This document shows positions 49,801-61,400 of a stretch of DNA of 64,000 bases, one piece after another. Origin of the DNA: Antedon mediterranea (Eukaryota; Animalia; Echinodermata); contig NC_092670.1 in assembly GCF_964355755.1 (NCBI RefSeq), forward strand, positions 1,478,201 to 1,542,200, in the 5' to 3' direction. The notes under the pieces were generated by a model. The model was not told the DNA's origin, made no database searches, and saw only the letters and a program-made list of their open reading frames with translations. The first letter of the stretch is position 1; each line of letters starts with the position of its first letter. The position numbers were made by a program, and so were the translations under genes.

Positions 49801-52800
49801 CCTACAAAAAAATATCTATTAACATAGATATTTCTTTTAAAAAGTAAGACATCTTAGTTTTCAATTGAAATAATCTATCTTTATTAAAAGAGATATCTTA
49901 ATTTTGAACTAAAGATATATGCGTTGTGTAGCACTGTGTAAATTATATAATAATAATCTGTCAAATTATTGAAACAGTGCTCATATTCGGAACATTTTTG
50001 ATTAATTATTGAATGCCAATATATGTTTTGTATTTTTTACATGTGATATTTTATGTTCAACTTCAATATATTTATACAATTAATTGCGATAATATATTGA
50101 GTAGAAATTATTATCGACTTAACATATTTTTCATTCATGGAGGTATAAAAATATGTTTGAATCTATATATAAAATACTAACTTCATAATGTACACGGTCA
50201 TTATACATTTTTCAATTGATAAGTATTAGTTATTATTCATTTAATTCATTCATTTAATCATTTGTTTCGAATTCTGTGGTCCACAGAAAGTAAAATTACG
50301 TATAAAATCATTTAAAAACAATGCTGTACTAATTACTAATACTCATCTCAGGATGGCATTCCACCTGGCCAAACATATAAACAGTTTTAAAGTCACCCAG
50401 AAACTTATCGAAGCTTAAATATTATTTAATTGACAAACTTTAAACTTACGTTTTGTTGACACCCAAGTGACCACCATGTGCCTGCTTATGGATACTGTTT
50501 AACACTTCGTTTTTTTCTTTCGGTAACAATACACGCAACAATCTACCAGAATGTTGTTTGTAATACAAGATATCACGAAGAATTGTAAAGTTCTTGGCTT
50601 TCCGTCGCAAACTTCGTTTTAATATTTCAGAATAATTTACAGGATAAACGTTGTTTTGTAGATAGTTTCTCAAGGCATCAAACTCATGATCGGCCATAAT
50701 GATAATAAGTAAAAATAGAAAGAAGGCAGATTGTAACGAACAACACCGTGATTGGAACTTTGCAAGCAAAGTGAATGATTTTTTAAATGTAGGAGGTTTT
50801 GAACAAACATTGAGCCAATCAGCTTCTTGCTACATTTGTTTTAACCAATTGCCGATTAGAAGAAAGAGCAAACAGTTTTGTCAGGTGTAGGCCTATAATT
50901 TAAACTTTGTGCCTTAAGTGGATGTCACGAACTCCTTTTACGTATGTTTCCGAGCGGTTGAAAATACTTTAGAAACTCCCTTGTGACATAAAAGTATACA
51001 CACCAAATTCACAAAGTTGTAAAATAACTCAAAAACAAATCTTTAATTTCAATCAACTTCAACTTTCAACAACCCAGTAAGCATTTTAAACAACAGCTTC
51101 ACAATAACTTTTACAATCTAATATCCAACCTCTAATATCCAACAACATGACAATAGTTTTACATCCCTTTATATACAAGATGTTCCTATCCTTCTATATC
51201 ATTCTTTATACTTCTTATTCTATTTGATTACAGTTTCTATTAATAGCATACTGGAATGTTCCTGATTGTTATTATATTAATTATACATGATGTCTTAAAT
51301 GTAAACATCTTATTCTAGAATGTTCATGGTTAGGGAATGGTAATTTATTACAGTGGCAAGTACACAAAAAAATGAGAGAAAAAAACTATTGGAGGGAAAT
51401 GCCATTTATTAAATTAAATTTCGAAGATACTCTTATTGGTAAACGCTTCAGTCGTTCTATTACACAATAAATAGCACATTCAGATAGGAGTATAAAATAT
51501 AATCATATAGTTATTCTTTATTACATATTATACGTTCATCTCAAATTATATTATAATATTAATTGAAATTGTATTTAAATTTGTATCCGTTTTTGTCGAC
51601 AGGACCACAATGCAAAACAAGTATATTTCTACTTGATTGTGTATAATCCTGTATAAATATGTTGTTAAATAAATAAAATAATATTAAATAGTAATCTACG
51701 TAAAATAATATTATAGTACATAAGTTCGTATTAAAACCGTTCAGGCTATGAGGCAACCCCCGCTCCCTGTATATTAAATAGAAACATTTTTTATAATACT
51801 TATACTAGAATCATATACTAATTTATTTAGTTATTTTTTAAAATAAGAGAATTAAATTACGTAACATACTGTGGTATATAATTCTTGTAATGAAATCATA
51901 TTCATGGTAAGCGTAATCTTAATTTGAGATATGGCAAGTTCGCACCCCTTCTCCTGACAAATAACAGATGACAGTTAACACGACTACCGGTAATTAATAT
52001 CTCCCGAGAGCCGCTGTTTTGAGGTTGACCTGACAATTGTGGCCTGAGTTATGGGACATTACCCTTGCTGGACATCTGGTAAAAATAAATACTGATTATG
52101 CTGCCACTTTAGTACACAAAACAATAAATAAAAAAAAATAAAAAAACACAACTTGTGGCATTTCCTTTACACTAGTCCCTGTTCAAAACCGCTAGTGTAG
52201 AAAACGGCAGCAAATGTCGTCGAAACTGTCAAATCCACCCATGTAGTAAAACCTAGAACTAGCTAATGTAGAAACACCAACAGTTATTTATTAAATAAAA
52301 ATCAACATTAGCTAATATACAACTTAACAGGTAATGAAGTAACGAAAATTGCCTCACAGCTGATGTAGTTAATATCGCCAGCTAATAAAATAATAATTAT
52401 ATATTTTACAAACCTAAATGTCTAAATCATGTGCAAATGTATTTCTCTACTTAGTTTAGCTGTCAGTCTATCCACCTCTCGTAAGTGATCGGCTTTCAAA
52501 ACGTAACACTCTGATCGTAAGCAACTACCCTTGTTAGCGACCACCTTTAATATTTAAAAGGAACTACCTCTGTTAAAGGACCGCTTCTCACAATGGACAA
52601 CTTCCTGAAGGGGTAACCTCCTCTCATAAGGGACTGCTTTTCATAAACTACCACCGCTCGTAGACGACCACTTCTTTTACCGACTACACCTCCCGTAAGT
52701 GACCACCTCAATAGAGGTGGTAATTTGCGAAAGGTGGTCGTTACGGATGGTAGTCGATTATGAGAAGTGGTCCCAGTGGAGAGGTGGACGTTTTTTTTTT

Positions 52801-55800
52801 ATAGAGAGGTCGACACTTTAGGCGTGGTCGTTAAGAGAGGTAGTCCGTCATGAGGTTGATTATGAGAAGCCGAGGTGGTGGTCCTTTAAAATAGCTCGTC
52901 CTTGACGAGTGGTGTGGTCGTTAAGAGATGGTGGGCGATTATCAGAGACGGTGGTCGTTCAATAGAGGTGGTTACTTACTAGAAGTGGTTGTTGGTTGGT
53001 CACTTACGAGACGTGGATAGATGGATAGCTACCGGTAAGTAAAGAAATGCATTTTCACATGATGTAGACAGGTTTTTAAATTATACAATATTTTCAACAT
53101 TAGCTGTGAGGCAATTTTCGTTACTACATTATCTGCTGACCGTTCTAAATTAGCTGGTGTTGATTTTAAAAATTGATACATACGGTAAGCTGTTGGTATT
53201 TCTGGTATTAGCTGGTGGTTTCTATGTTTATATGTCCATATAAAACAAAAATACAACCGCGATTTTTTAAACTCAGCTGCATGTACAGACATTGTGGCAA
53301 AGACGTTTTAAACGCTTCATTTCAATATAAGCCATTATTCTATGAATTTGATGTATAACGGTATTGGACTGTTTGTATTGGGAACGAAATACCCTAATAT
53401 TCGAAAAAAACAAAAAACCGAAATACCCTTGAGTGAACGAATAATTATGATGCGCAATTAAGGTGTTTATTTTGCCATATAAAATATAAAAAACAAATAT
53501 TTTTTGGTAATATGCATCAACAATATTTTTCAAATGTATTTTAGATAAATAAATAAATAATGTAAAGTCTATAGAAACAAAGCAAATATTGTGACTAACC
53601 AATTCAATGTTTTATTAAATAAAAACAAAAATCAGGCATCTGTGAAAAAAATATAATGAAAAAGAACTGACTTTAACAATGACGAACTTACTTGTTTAAA
53701 GAACTTTTGTTATCAGTTGATATTATTAAATTAGTAGCAGTATTATGAATATTACAAAATAATATTTTGAGAACTGAAAAATATTTTGAGGGAACGAATA
53801 TATTTAGGGAGAACAAAATAAGATTTCAAGAACTGAATAATATAAAAAACGAATTACTACTTCGAGACAAGGAATGATGATGATGATGATGATGATGATC
53901 GAGAGAACGAAATAATTTCGAGGGAAATTATTTCGTTCTCTCGCGAAGTAGTAATTCGAATTTCGAATGAAATAATATTTCGAGATAACGAAATAGGTAG
54001 GCCCTATGCCTATATGATTTAGTGATATTCATTCCCTCGAAATAATAATACAGTAGGCTATATATTTTTCAAGTTGTCGATTTACTTCAAATTGACAACA
54101 GGTTGTATATACTCAATCAAAAACAAACAATTTAATTTGATTAGACTATATGTCTCCAGATATAATAATAGTAATATTTATTTCAATCCACTTGATATTT
54201 TGCGATTCAAGTTGGTATTCTAAGGAATTATAATTACCCTAACGGGAGTTGGTGAACGTCCAGTGCCCTAGTTTTTACGGGGTTAATATGATGTCGATGT
54301 CTCGATGGTCCTACTTTTTTATCGATGAAAGCTGCCCGGGTGGTTGCGGCCATTTTCAACAGCTAGTATTACAATATTCAATGCTGAAAATTGTCCAGTG
54401 GACACTTTCAAACACCGGACAGATTTAAATCTTACACCGGCAATGAGGCATTACACATTTGTTTTAAATAACTGGAGACTTCTAGATCCAAATGGAAAAC
54501 TCGAGCTTAAGTACGTATATATTTATAGTTGAATATTAATTAATTACTTAAGATTTACCTCAGGGTGTATTAAGGTGCAAAATTAAGATTCATTTTGCAT
54601 TAAGGTTTTGATCACTGTCGTCACTGGTCTGATATCGTTCTCTAATAATCATTTTCCTAATTTGGATTTTGTTTAAGTAATGTCAAAACTATTATAAATT
54701 TGCGGGCAGGAGAGGACGAGTCGTGGTTCTTCATGGTGGGTTTGCAAATGGAACTTGAAGCTGCGTCAGGGTTATGTGCAATAGTAAGAGCTCAAAAGGT
54801 ATAACTCATCTTCTTTTTGTACTCTCAAAACAAATCTAAATAAATGTAGACATGACGTATGAATTAATCAAGATTGTGTCGAACAAATGGAAGAATATAC
54901 TTTGATAATAATATACTATAGAACATAAACCCAGTCAGCAATTTTGTGTATCAGAACTGAAATTACTCAAGAACAATATGTTTTTGTTTCAAGGTGACTG
55001 AAAGTTTACTACTAGTAATTGTTTTTTATTGTATTTCGTAAGGCTGTAAATGAAGAAGAAAACGAAGTAGGCCTACTAACTGACTGTTTGGGAATAATGG
55101 CATCGTCTATATCGCGTGTTGATGGCGCCCTCAGGAGAATTCATGGTAGGAGATATTGGAGATGGTATAAAAAATGCTTTCGAATATGGCCTACAATAGA
55201 TGAAGATACAAAGACTGAAACAAAATAGTATAATTTGAAGTAGGCCTAATTATTTTCTTTCTTTTAGAACGATGTCGTCCAAATGTTTTTTACAATGTGC
55301 TTCGGCCATACATGAATGGGTAAAGTGATCGTAGTTCATCGCCTCATGATCGTCATAAACATCTTCAACTTAATGTTCATCATCGCTATCTTAACATCAT
55401 TATTATTGTGTTTGTGTTGTTATTATCTTCATCCTAACTACTTTAAACTACTGTACTGTATATTTAACATTAACGTTTACATTAAATAATAATTAATTAT
55501 GATCACCGTTTTTCCCATTATCAAGCATCATGATCATAGTGAATTTTTATATTATGTATTATAATCAGTATAATGATTAAATCTACAATTAAATCAAAAG
55601 AATATCGTTTTTTTTTTAAATGTAGGTGGGACTGTGACGCATTCAAGTCAAATGGTTTAAAAGGTCTCATCTATGAAGGTGTTAGTACCGAACCTAAATC
55701 GGTACGTACCATGCATATGCGAGACTGCAAAGTCATATTGTATTCATTAATATTAAAATCACAACCTTTGTTTAATCTGTCATTAAAATTCAAGTGGTTT

Positions 55801-57200
55801 TATTATATCCATAAATATCCTTTCAACAATGGAGAGAAAAACCAATATTATTGCAATACAGTAGCTTATTAATATGATGACGTACTCTCATTTGTTGTAT
55901 ACGTTATATTTACATCTTGTTTTTCTACTCGTTTTTTTCCCCATTATCCTATAACTAAGGCGTCTGCCAATTGTTGCTTATAATATGTTGTTATCAATTA
56001 AAATTCAGTCATTGTTACCAAAACAATTGTTATTTTAAATAATAATTTATATTTACATAACCTAATTCCTAGTATTCTGGAGGCAGTGGTGCCCAGAGTG
56101 CTATTCTATACGCCTTCGATTCAGCATTAGGAATCAACCAACCGAGTTCTGGTAAGTTAGCTAGAATTGTACAGTAGGCCTACTCGTTTGTCTATCATTT
56201 ATATTAATATTGAATTCAATGTTTTATTCCATCTTTTATGCAAATCATAATCAATTCAGTTTTTGCTTGTGATTTGTAGAATAATAATCAAATAAATATA
56301 CGAATATTACTACTCTTTTAAAGGTTACAACATGTTCTACCAAATGCTTTGTCCTGCACATAAGGAGTTTATTGAGACAATTCAATCTGGACCTTCGATC
56401 AAGGAATATGGTATATATACCTCCTTCTTCTATTGGATCTTAACTTGTTTCTTTGCGAAAAGACCACATTAGTGGTAACCTGCCTTTACATTTACATTTA
56501 TAAAATATAAACATTTGCCACAAAATTTGAATTACGACTTGAAATGCGAGTGGGCTAGTGGGTGAGACCTTATATTATTAAGGACTCCTCTCATGAAATG
56601 TATTAAAAATGTCTATAAAATGCGTTAATATCACGGTATGTTTTCACTCCGTTATTAATATTTTTGTTTTAGTTTTGAAGCAAAAATGCGAAAAGCTTCG
56701 AGGTAGATTCAATGATACTGTGAAAGTTCTACAAGATTTACGAAGCTATCATTTGCAAATTGCGGCAAGGTAAAGTGAACACGCGAGTTTGTGTGTTTTA
56801 TTTTCGCATAATTCTAGCATAATATTTGTAAAATTTATTTTTTTAAATTTATTTATTGAATGTATTATTCATTTGGTGACCTAGATATATTATTTTGGAA
56901 TCGAATCGAAAACACAGAAATAAGGCGTTTGCGAACCAGGCAAAGGCAGGGACAGGAGGATCAGGTAAGTGACGCTTACCTAATATCTAAGTTATACAAG
57001 CATTGGGCCTCAATGTTTTATTATTTGTTAATTAGGATTCATTGGTTAGAAAATATTAGTTTATGTGGGATACTAGACTTAACAAGGTTATGTAGAAAAA
57101 ACTAAATAAATATTTGCAATTTGTTTTGTTGATAGATTTTATGAACTTCCTGAAGGGTATTCGAGATTGCACAAAAGACACGTTGCTGGAAAATGCATAA
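38611..57200 (+). CDS. IDO: Indoleamine 2,3-dioxygenase (IDO family), 13 coding exons; exon 4 interrupted by a Ginger transposon
   Basis: Exons 38611-38724, 39380-39475, 39576-39695, 40013-40075 / 54440-54510, 54678-54798, then starts at ~55043, 55268, 55626, 56073, 56324, 56672, 56885 and 57136-57200. Motifs: LHGYVW, PRNLAVP, NNWRLLDP, DESWFF, FYNVLRPY, GLIYEGV, GGSGAQS, LRSYHLQI (proximal His), GTGGS and FLKGIRD. Confidence 0.9.
39817..39874. repeat. 9-bp tandem repeat (tcctattgg) x ~6
   Basis: Directly visible in IDO intron 3. Confidence 0.9.
40365..42968. repeat. ~132-bp satellite x ~20 inside the Ginger left arm, with a 663-bp (5-mer) higher-order repeat
   Basis: ttagcgacc recurs every 131-132 bp. 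The variants aagaagcata (41601, 42264) and acaattagaa (41731, 42394) recur 663 bp apart. Confidence 0.95.
43708..43816. repeat. Perfect inverted repeat (~43-bp arms) around a (TA)n loop
   Basis: cagtaacaagtgtacattattgtaaatataacaaatacatata ... tatatgtatttgttatatttacaataatgtacacttgttactg. Confidence 0.9.
43926..43997 (+). ncRNA. tRNA-like sequence, copy 1 (anticodon arm partly unpaired)
   Basis: GCCCCAG/TTGGGGC acceptor stem, A box TGGTCTAATGG, B box GTTCGAGC, followed by a T6 run. Confidence 0.6.
44192..44263 (+). ncRNA. tRNA-like sequence, copy 2 (full cloverleaf, loop ATATCAA, nominal anticodon ATC)
   Basis: Acceptor GCCCCAG/TTGGGGC, D stem GTCT/GGAC, anticodon stem TCTGC/GCAGG, T stem CCGAG/CTCGG with TTCGAGT loop; 72 nt. 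Confidence 0.65.
45487..50697 (-). CDS. Ginger transposase: H2C2 zinc finger + DDE integrase + GPY/F + repeat linker + OTU-like domain (3 exons: 50697-50450, 47803-47604, 46970-45487)
   Basis: Phase-matched introns. Motifs: H..GGHLGVNKT|WKKIRERYYW..CDQCQ, GMDIVGP (D), ITDQGREF (D), SPYHPQTGGQTERFNRTL (E), WTGPY and MRGDGNCLFRALS (OTU Cys box). The ORF stops before a recognisable OTU His box. Confidence 0.88.
48495..49300. repeat. Degenerate gaggtggtcg-motif repeat block in transposase intron 1; copy of the right arm of the 52.2-53.3 kb foldback
   Basis: Many gagaggtggtcg(c/a)tta motifs. ttacgagacgtggatagatggatagct is shared with 53003-53030. Confidence 0.7.
50923..51352 (-). mobile_element. 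Probable solo LTR (430 bp) nested in the Ginger element
   Basis: TG..CA ends (tgtcac../..attaca) and a near-TSD gtgga/gtggc. On the minus strand a TATATAAA precedes an ATTAAA. Confidence 0.55.
52230..53250. repeat. ~1-kb imperfect foldback (inverted repeat) in the Ginger right arm
   Basis: 52400-52490 (tgtctaaatcatgtgcaaatg..tctatccac) is the reverse complement of ~53005-53075. accacctc motifs switch to gaggtggt at ~52710. Confidence 0.7.
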
Positions 57201-57309
57201 CAACGTGTGAACAATCTAATTTACTTGCTGGCTACCAGTTGCTTTTTTTTGCAATTTTTTGGTCAAGTCTCTTTTAGTACAGTAGCTACAGGCCTACTGG
57301 ACATTATGA

Positions 57310-57620
57310 TATCAGGATATTTTCTAATATCTGGATATTGTCTAAGTTCAAATCCAAATTTGATTGTTTAACTATAAAGGAAATGCTTTGGATCAAAGAA
57401 TTGAAACCTACACTTAATAAACAAACCGGTTTAGTCAAAGCTAAATGGTTTATTAATTGAGATGGAGGAGCTTAACATCTTAAATTCTTAGTATTGTAGG
57501 CCTTCTTTGATGTTAATTAAACAATTCATTTGTATTTCCTGTCACCCATTGGTGGTTTTTGTATAATTTGATCACTTGATCTTGAAAATGGTTCCATGAT
57601 GGTTCCGAAACGTCGATCTT
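57310..57620 (+). mobile_element. Penelope-like retroelement 3' remnant (GIY-YIG C-terminus + hammerhead-like motif)
   Basis: Translates ILSKFKSKFDCLTIKEMLWIKELKPTLNKQ (~57337-57425), then cttgaaaatg..ccgaaacgtcg at 57581-57615. Confidence 0.6.
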
Positions 57621-58487
57621 CTTGCTTTTTGTCATTAAATTTTATTGTAAAGTTATATAGTAAGCGTCTTTTAATTCGATGCTGATAACATTCGAATATT
57701 TCTTTGTAACCAAATGACCGAAGAGACAACCCAAACAACTTCCAATATTTTGTCACTTATAGGGAATGTTTGACTGTCCCTCCCCGGTCCCATAGCCTAG
57801 TAATAACTACCACTTTTGTTAGCACTGGATTGCGCCATCTATATTGTAAGACATTATACATTCTATTATTTTGCTCCGATTCCTCGCAAATCATTCTTCA
57901 CAGATTCCTAATCACAGATTCCTAATCACAGATTCCTAATCCAAGCAGCTCGTCAAGTGAAGATACTGTCGAAATATAATAACACATGTGTTTTGGTTAA
58001 GTTTTAAGCCTTAGTAGGAAATATCTATCTATAAAATTTATAGTAAAATAGTAAAAATGATTGTTTACAAGGATTGACTTCCCAACCCCCTTTACTACCA
58101 ATGGGTCTTGCACACTGTACATGATAATAAAAAAAAATGTTAGTGTTCGTGTCCCACACCGTGCATACTAGCGATTATTGTATGCCTCATCGCACCTTCA
58201 AGATTCGGGGAGCTTTATTGTGTATGCAAAGGGTGCGTAGGTGTAATGAATGGGTTCCCTATTGTGACTAAAGAATTAAGGTTTTCCATTGTGGAAGGCT
58301 GCTATTCGCTGGGTTAAGGCTGAGCAGGTTCAATGAGTTTGTTAGTACCGTGTCAGCGTGTGAAAACTAATACTACCGTTTGGAGTTAATATCGTTGATA
58401 TCATATCGTTCAGTTGTTATTGGGAATGTTATTATTTCTTAAATCTTTTCACTCGCGCATTTAAGATTACTGCTACGAAAAGCAGAA

Positions 58488-61400
58488 ATGTTTTATTTAC
58501 GTTGTGTTTTGTTGGTAATAAATACCATACTTACGATAGGCGTCTGGGGATACCGTACAGGAGCTCCCCAGATCCCAGAGGTTTGTGTTAATTTGACGCC
58601 GATGCACAACACTGTAACAATGACTGAGGAGTCAAAGTACACAGTGATGACATCAAGTAGTTCGTATGTTGCCGGAGAAGACTTGACAGGTAAGAACACA
58701 TTGGCTGTAAACATGACCAAGATGCATACTTGTAGCAAATTTAATTCGCGCGAAAAATGATCTGTGTAGGCCTACCAGCAGCACGCAGTCACATGTGACA
58801 CATTGGCGCATGTTTAGTGCTGCTGCTAAATGTGGGATCCCTTTCAGAAAAAAAAAGTTCATGCTAGTGATCTATTGTATAATTATACATTTTTTGCATA
58901 GGTTGCAGAAATCATATGGATACACAAGGTGTTCCATTATTCTGTTGTTACTGATGCAACAAATTGTGCTCGCACGTCTTCAACATAAAATACCATAACA
59001 TGTATCTGTATATCTCTATTATAAAAGGAATGTCATTAATTTCAAAATAATTGGGGCACTTAAGCTTTCTTCTCTAAAATTCTGTACGACGTACAGGATC
59101 CGTTGACATCAATCTATCCATGTTAATACACTGTATCCGCTTCGCCTTGTCGAGTTCACCACAGAAATCCTGAAATAAACAAAGGAGGGCTTACCCTAAC
59201 CCAGAACACAATAGAAACCCATTCAACGATGTAAGAACTAGGAGTGCTGCTGTTTTGTACTATGCTGGCTTGTTTACACTGAAATAACTAAAAGAAACTA
59301 TAAAAAATGTAATTAAAAAGCGCATTGAGAAACAAACCTCCGTGTTTTATTATTAGTTTGTACCTGTTTGCAAACATTTGATGCTAATATTAACAAAATA
59401 AATTATTATATATTTAACAGACAGCTTCTTTAATAAAAGAAAAAACTTCATCCTAACGCAGTCTGCCATGACATTTCGAAAAGGTGCCATTCGTCGAAAA
59501 AAAAGTAATTTAGGTATATTATTTATTGTCTAAAAAAAGACGATCAATGATACAAATAATCATAAGGCTAAAACCGTAAGATTTTACATTACAAGATTAC
59601 AATTTATAAGAAAATATATGCATATGAAAAAATGAATAAAATAAATATAAAAAACGGAAAACGACATTCAAATAAAACTGAGTAAAGGACGTCAAAGTAA
59701 GGAGTCTTAAGATGGTAACATTTGATCCATCCACCTTATCAAGCCACTGTCCACTCCGGTTGTCAAGATTGGGTTGTTCCTCTTAATAACTTTAAGAGGA
59801 AAGAAAGCCTTGACTTAATGCGTCCTCCTTACAATTATATTTATTAATTTGTTTCTGTATTATCATATTGTTTTGTATTGTGTGAAACAATAAACCTGAA
59901 CTTCTAATAATAATAACTACAACGTGTTTGACATAATAGAATATTGAGGAATGTAGAATATGTGAGATGTCATCATATCGAACCTTCCTCTCACCCAATT
60001 TGTCGGTGGTATGATTTTATTAGGTTTATGCCATTGGAAGTCAACTGTCAATTTATAATGTATTACTAGTGTCATCTTGTTCTTTTCATTGTCTTGTATA
60101 TTTTGATTGAAATTGATTAAAATGAATGAATGAAAGGAATGAACAAATTAATTTCTTTCATGTTATAGGTCTTCGTTTAAGTCTGTTTCAATTAAGATTT
60201 TCTTGATTTTTCTATTTTCCTCTTCATTCAAAAACAAAGAAAGCTATAGAGACATGAGTACTTGATCAGCGTTCTTCCTACAATCCTGTAACACAAAAAA
60301 AATCAATTAGGTCGATTTGTTGAAACATAAATAGCTGGATTAAACAAGGCAGGCTATTGACAAAAGGGGTAACAATAAAGAACTTAATATTGACTATTCA
60401 CATTCCTTAATGGTAAATTTAACCTTTGGTTCGTAGTTTAGGTCTACTGACTACGGGGGATGATCCAATGTAAGGCCCTACGCTTATTACAAACACCATG
60501 CACTGGGGATGATCCAATGTAAGGCCCTACGCTTATTACAAACACCATGTACGGGGGATGATCCAATGTAAGGCCCTACGCTTATTACAAACACCATGTA
60601 CGGGGGATGATCCAATGTAAGGCCCTACGCTTATTACAAACACCATGCACGGGGGATGATCCAATGTAAGGCCCTACGCTTATTACAAACACCATGCATA
60701 TACATTACATTATTATACATTAAACTTGAATAAATTATTTACATAACTCGAAAAGAGACTACACCTTGTATATATTTACATACGATCGTGACATTAGACA
60801 AATAGGTACACCTTACCTCATGAATTGAAGTAGATACTGAATATGCTGTTTAATTGTAATAGAATTAGGTTCTAGGAGAAAATAATATTAAGAATACACT
60901 AATAAAGTTAGGTTTAAGTTTTTCCATTTTTCATGTTGACATTAACAGTTATATACTACAAGGAACAATAAGCCAAACCATTGTTGATAGATACAAATAG
61001 ACACACAACACAGAATTATTGTACTGTCATCACACATTAAACTTGTTGTTTTTCATTGTTCGATTTACACAAGTTGTATTGAATTTCTATACAATATACA
61101 GTTTTGGAAAGAAGAATTTCTGTAAAAGATAGTTCATAGTTGAGTGATTATTTGGTTCATGAACTAACTCTCAGTATAGAAAACTAATTCAGTATTTTTG
61201 GCCAAAGATTAAAATCAATATTAACATCCATTTCGTTTATTATTTATTAATTTACTGTTATAGCTTTTGGAATAATTGCAATTGTCGTTATTATGTTTAA
61301 AGTTTTCTGTATTCATTTAGTTTTTAATATAGGCCCATGCGTGAGAAAATTAAATCGAATTCTTTGAGAAACTAAAAATATCAATACTAAATGCATGAGG

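Larger units (their letters stand above)
40077..54436 (-). mobile_element. Ginger (Gypsy-integrase-related) DNA transposon, 14,360 bp
   Basis: Ends tgtaagattgaaatgtgtcc.. / ..ggacagatttaaatcttaca (~65-bp imperfect TIR), with 4-bp TSD ccgg at 40073-40076 and 54437-54440. It encodes a spliced integrase but no gag, RT or flanking LTRs. Removing it restores IDO ..GIEPAMRHY.. Confidence 0.9.

Noticed and set aside
45487-50697. Gypsy LTR retrotransposon or domesticated GIN1 gene
   Set aside because: There is no gag, protease, RT or flanking LTR pair. Introns, TIRs and the CCGG TSD fit a mobile Ginger element.
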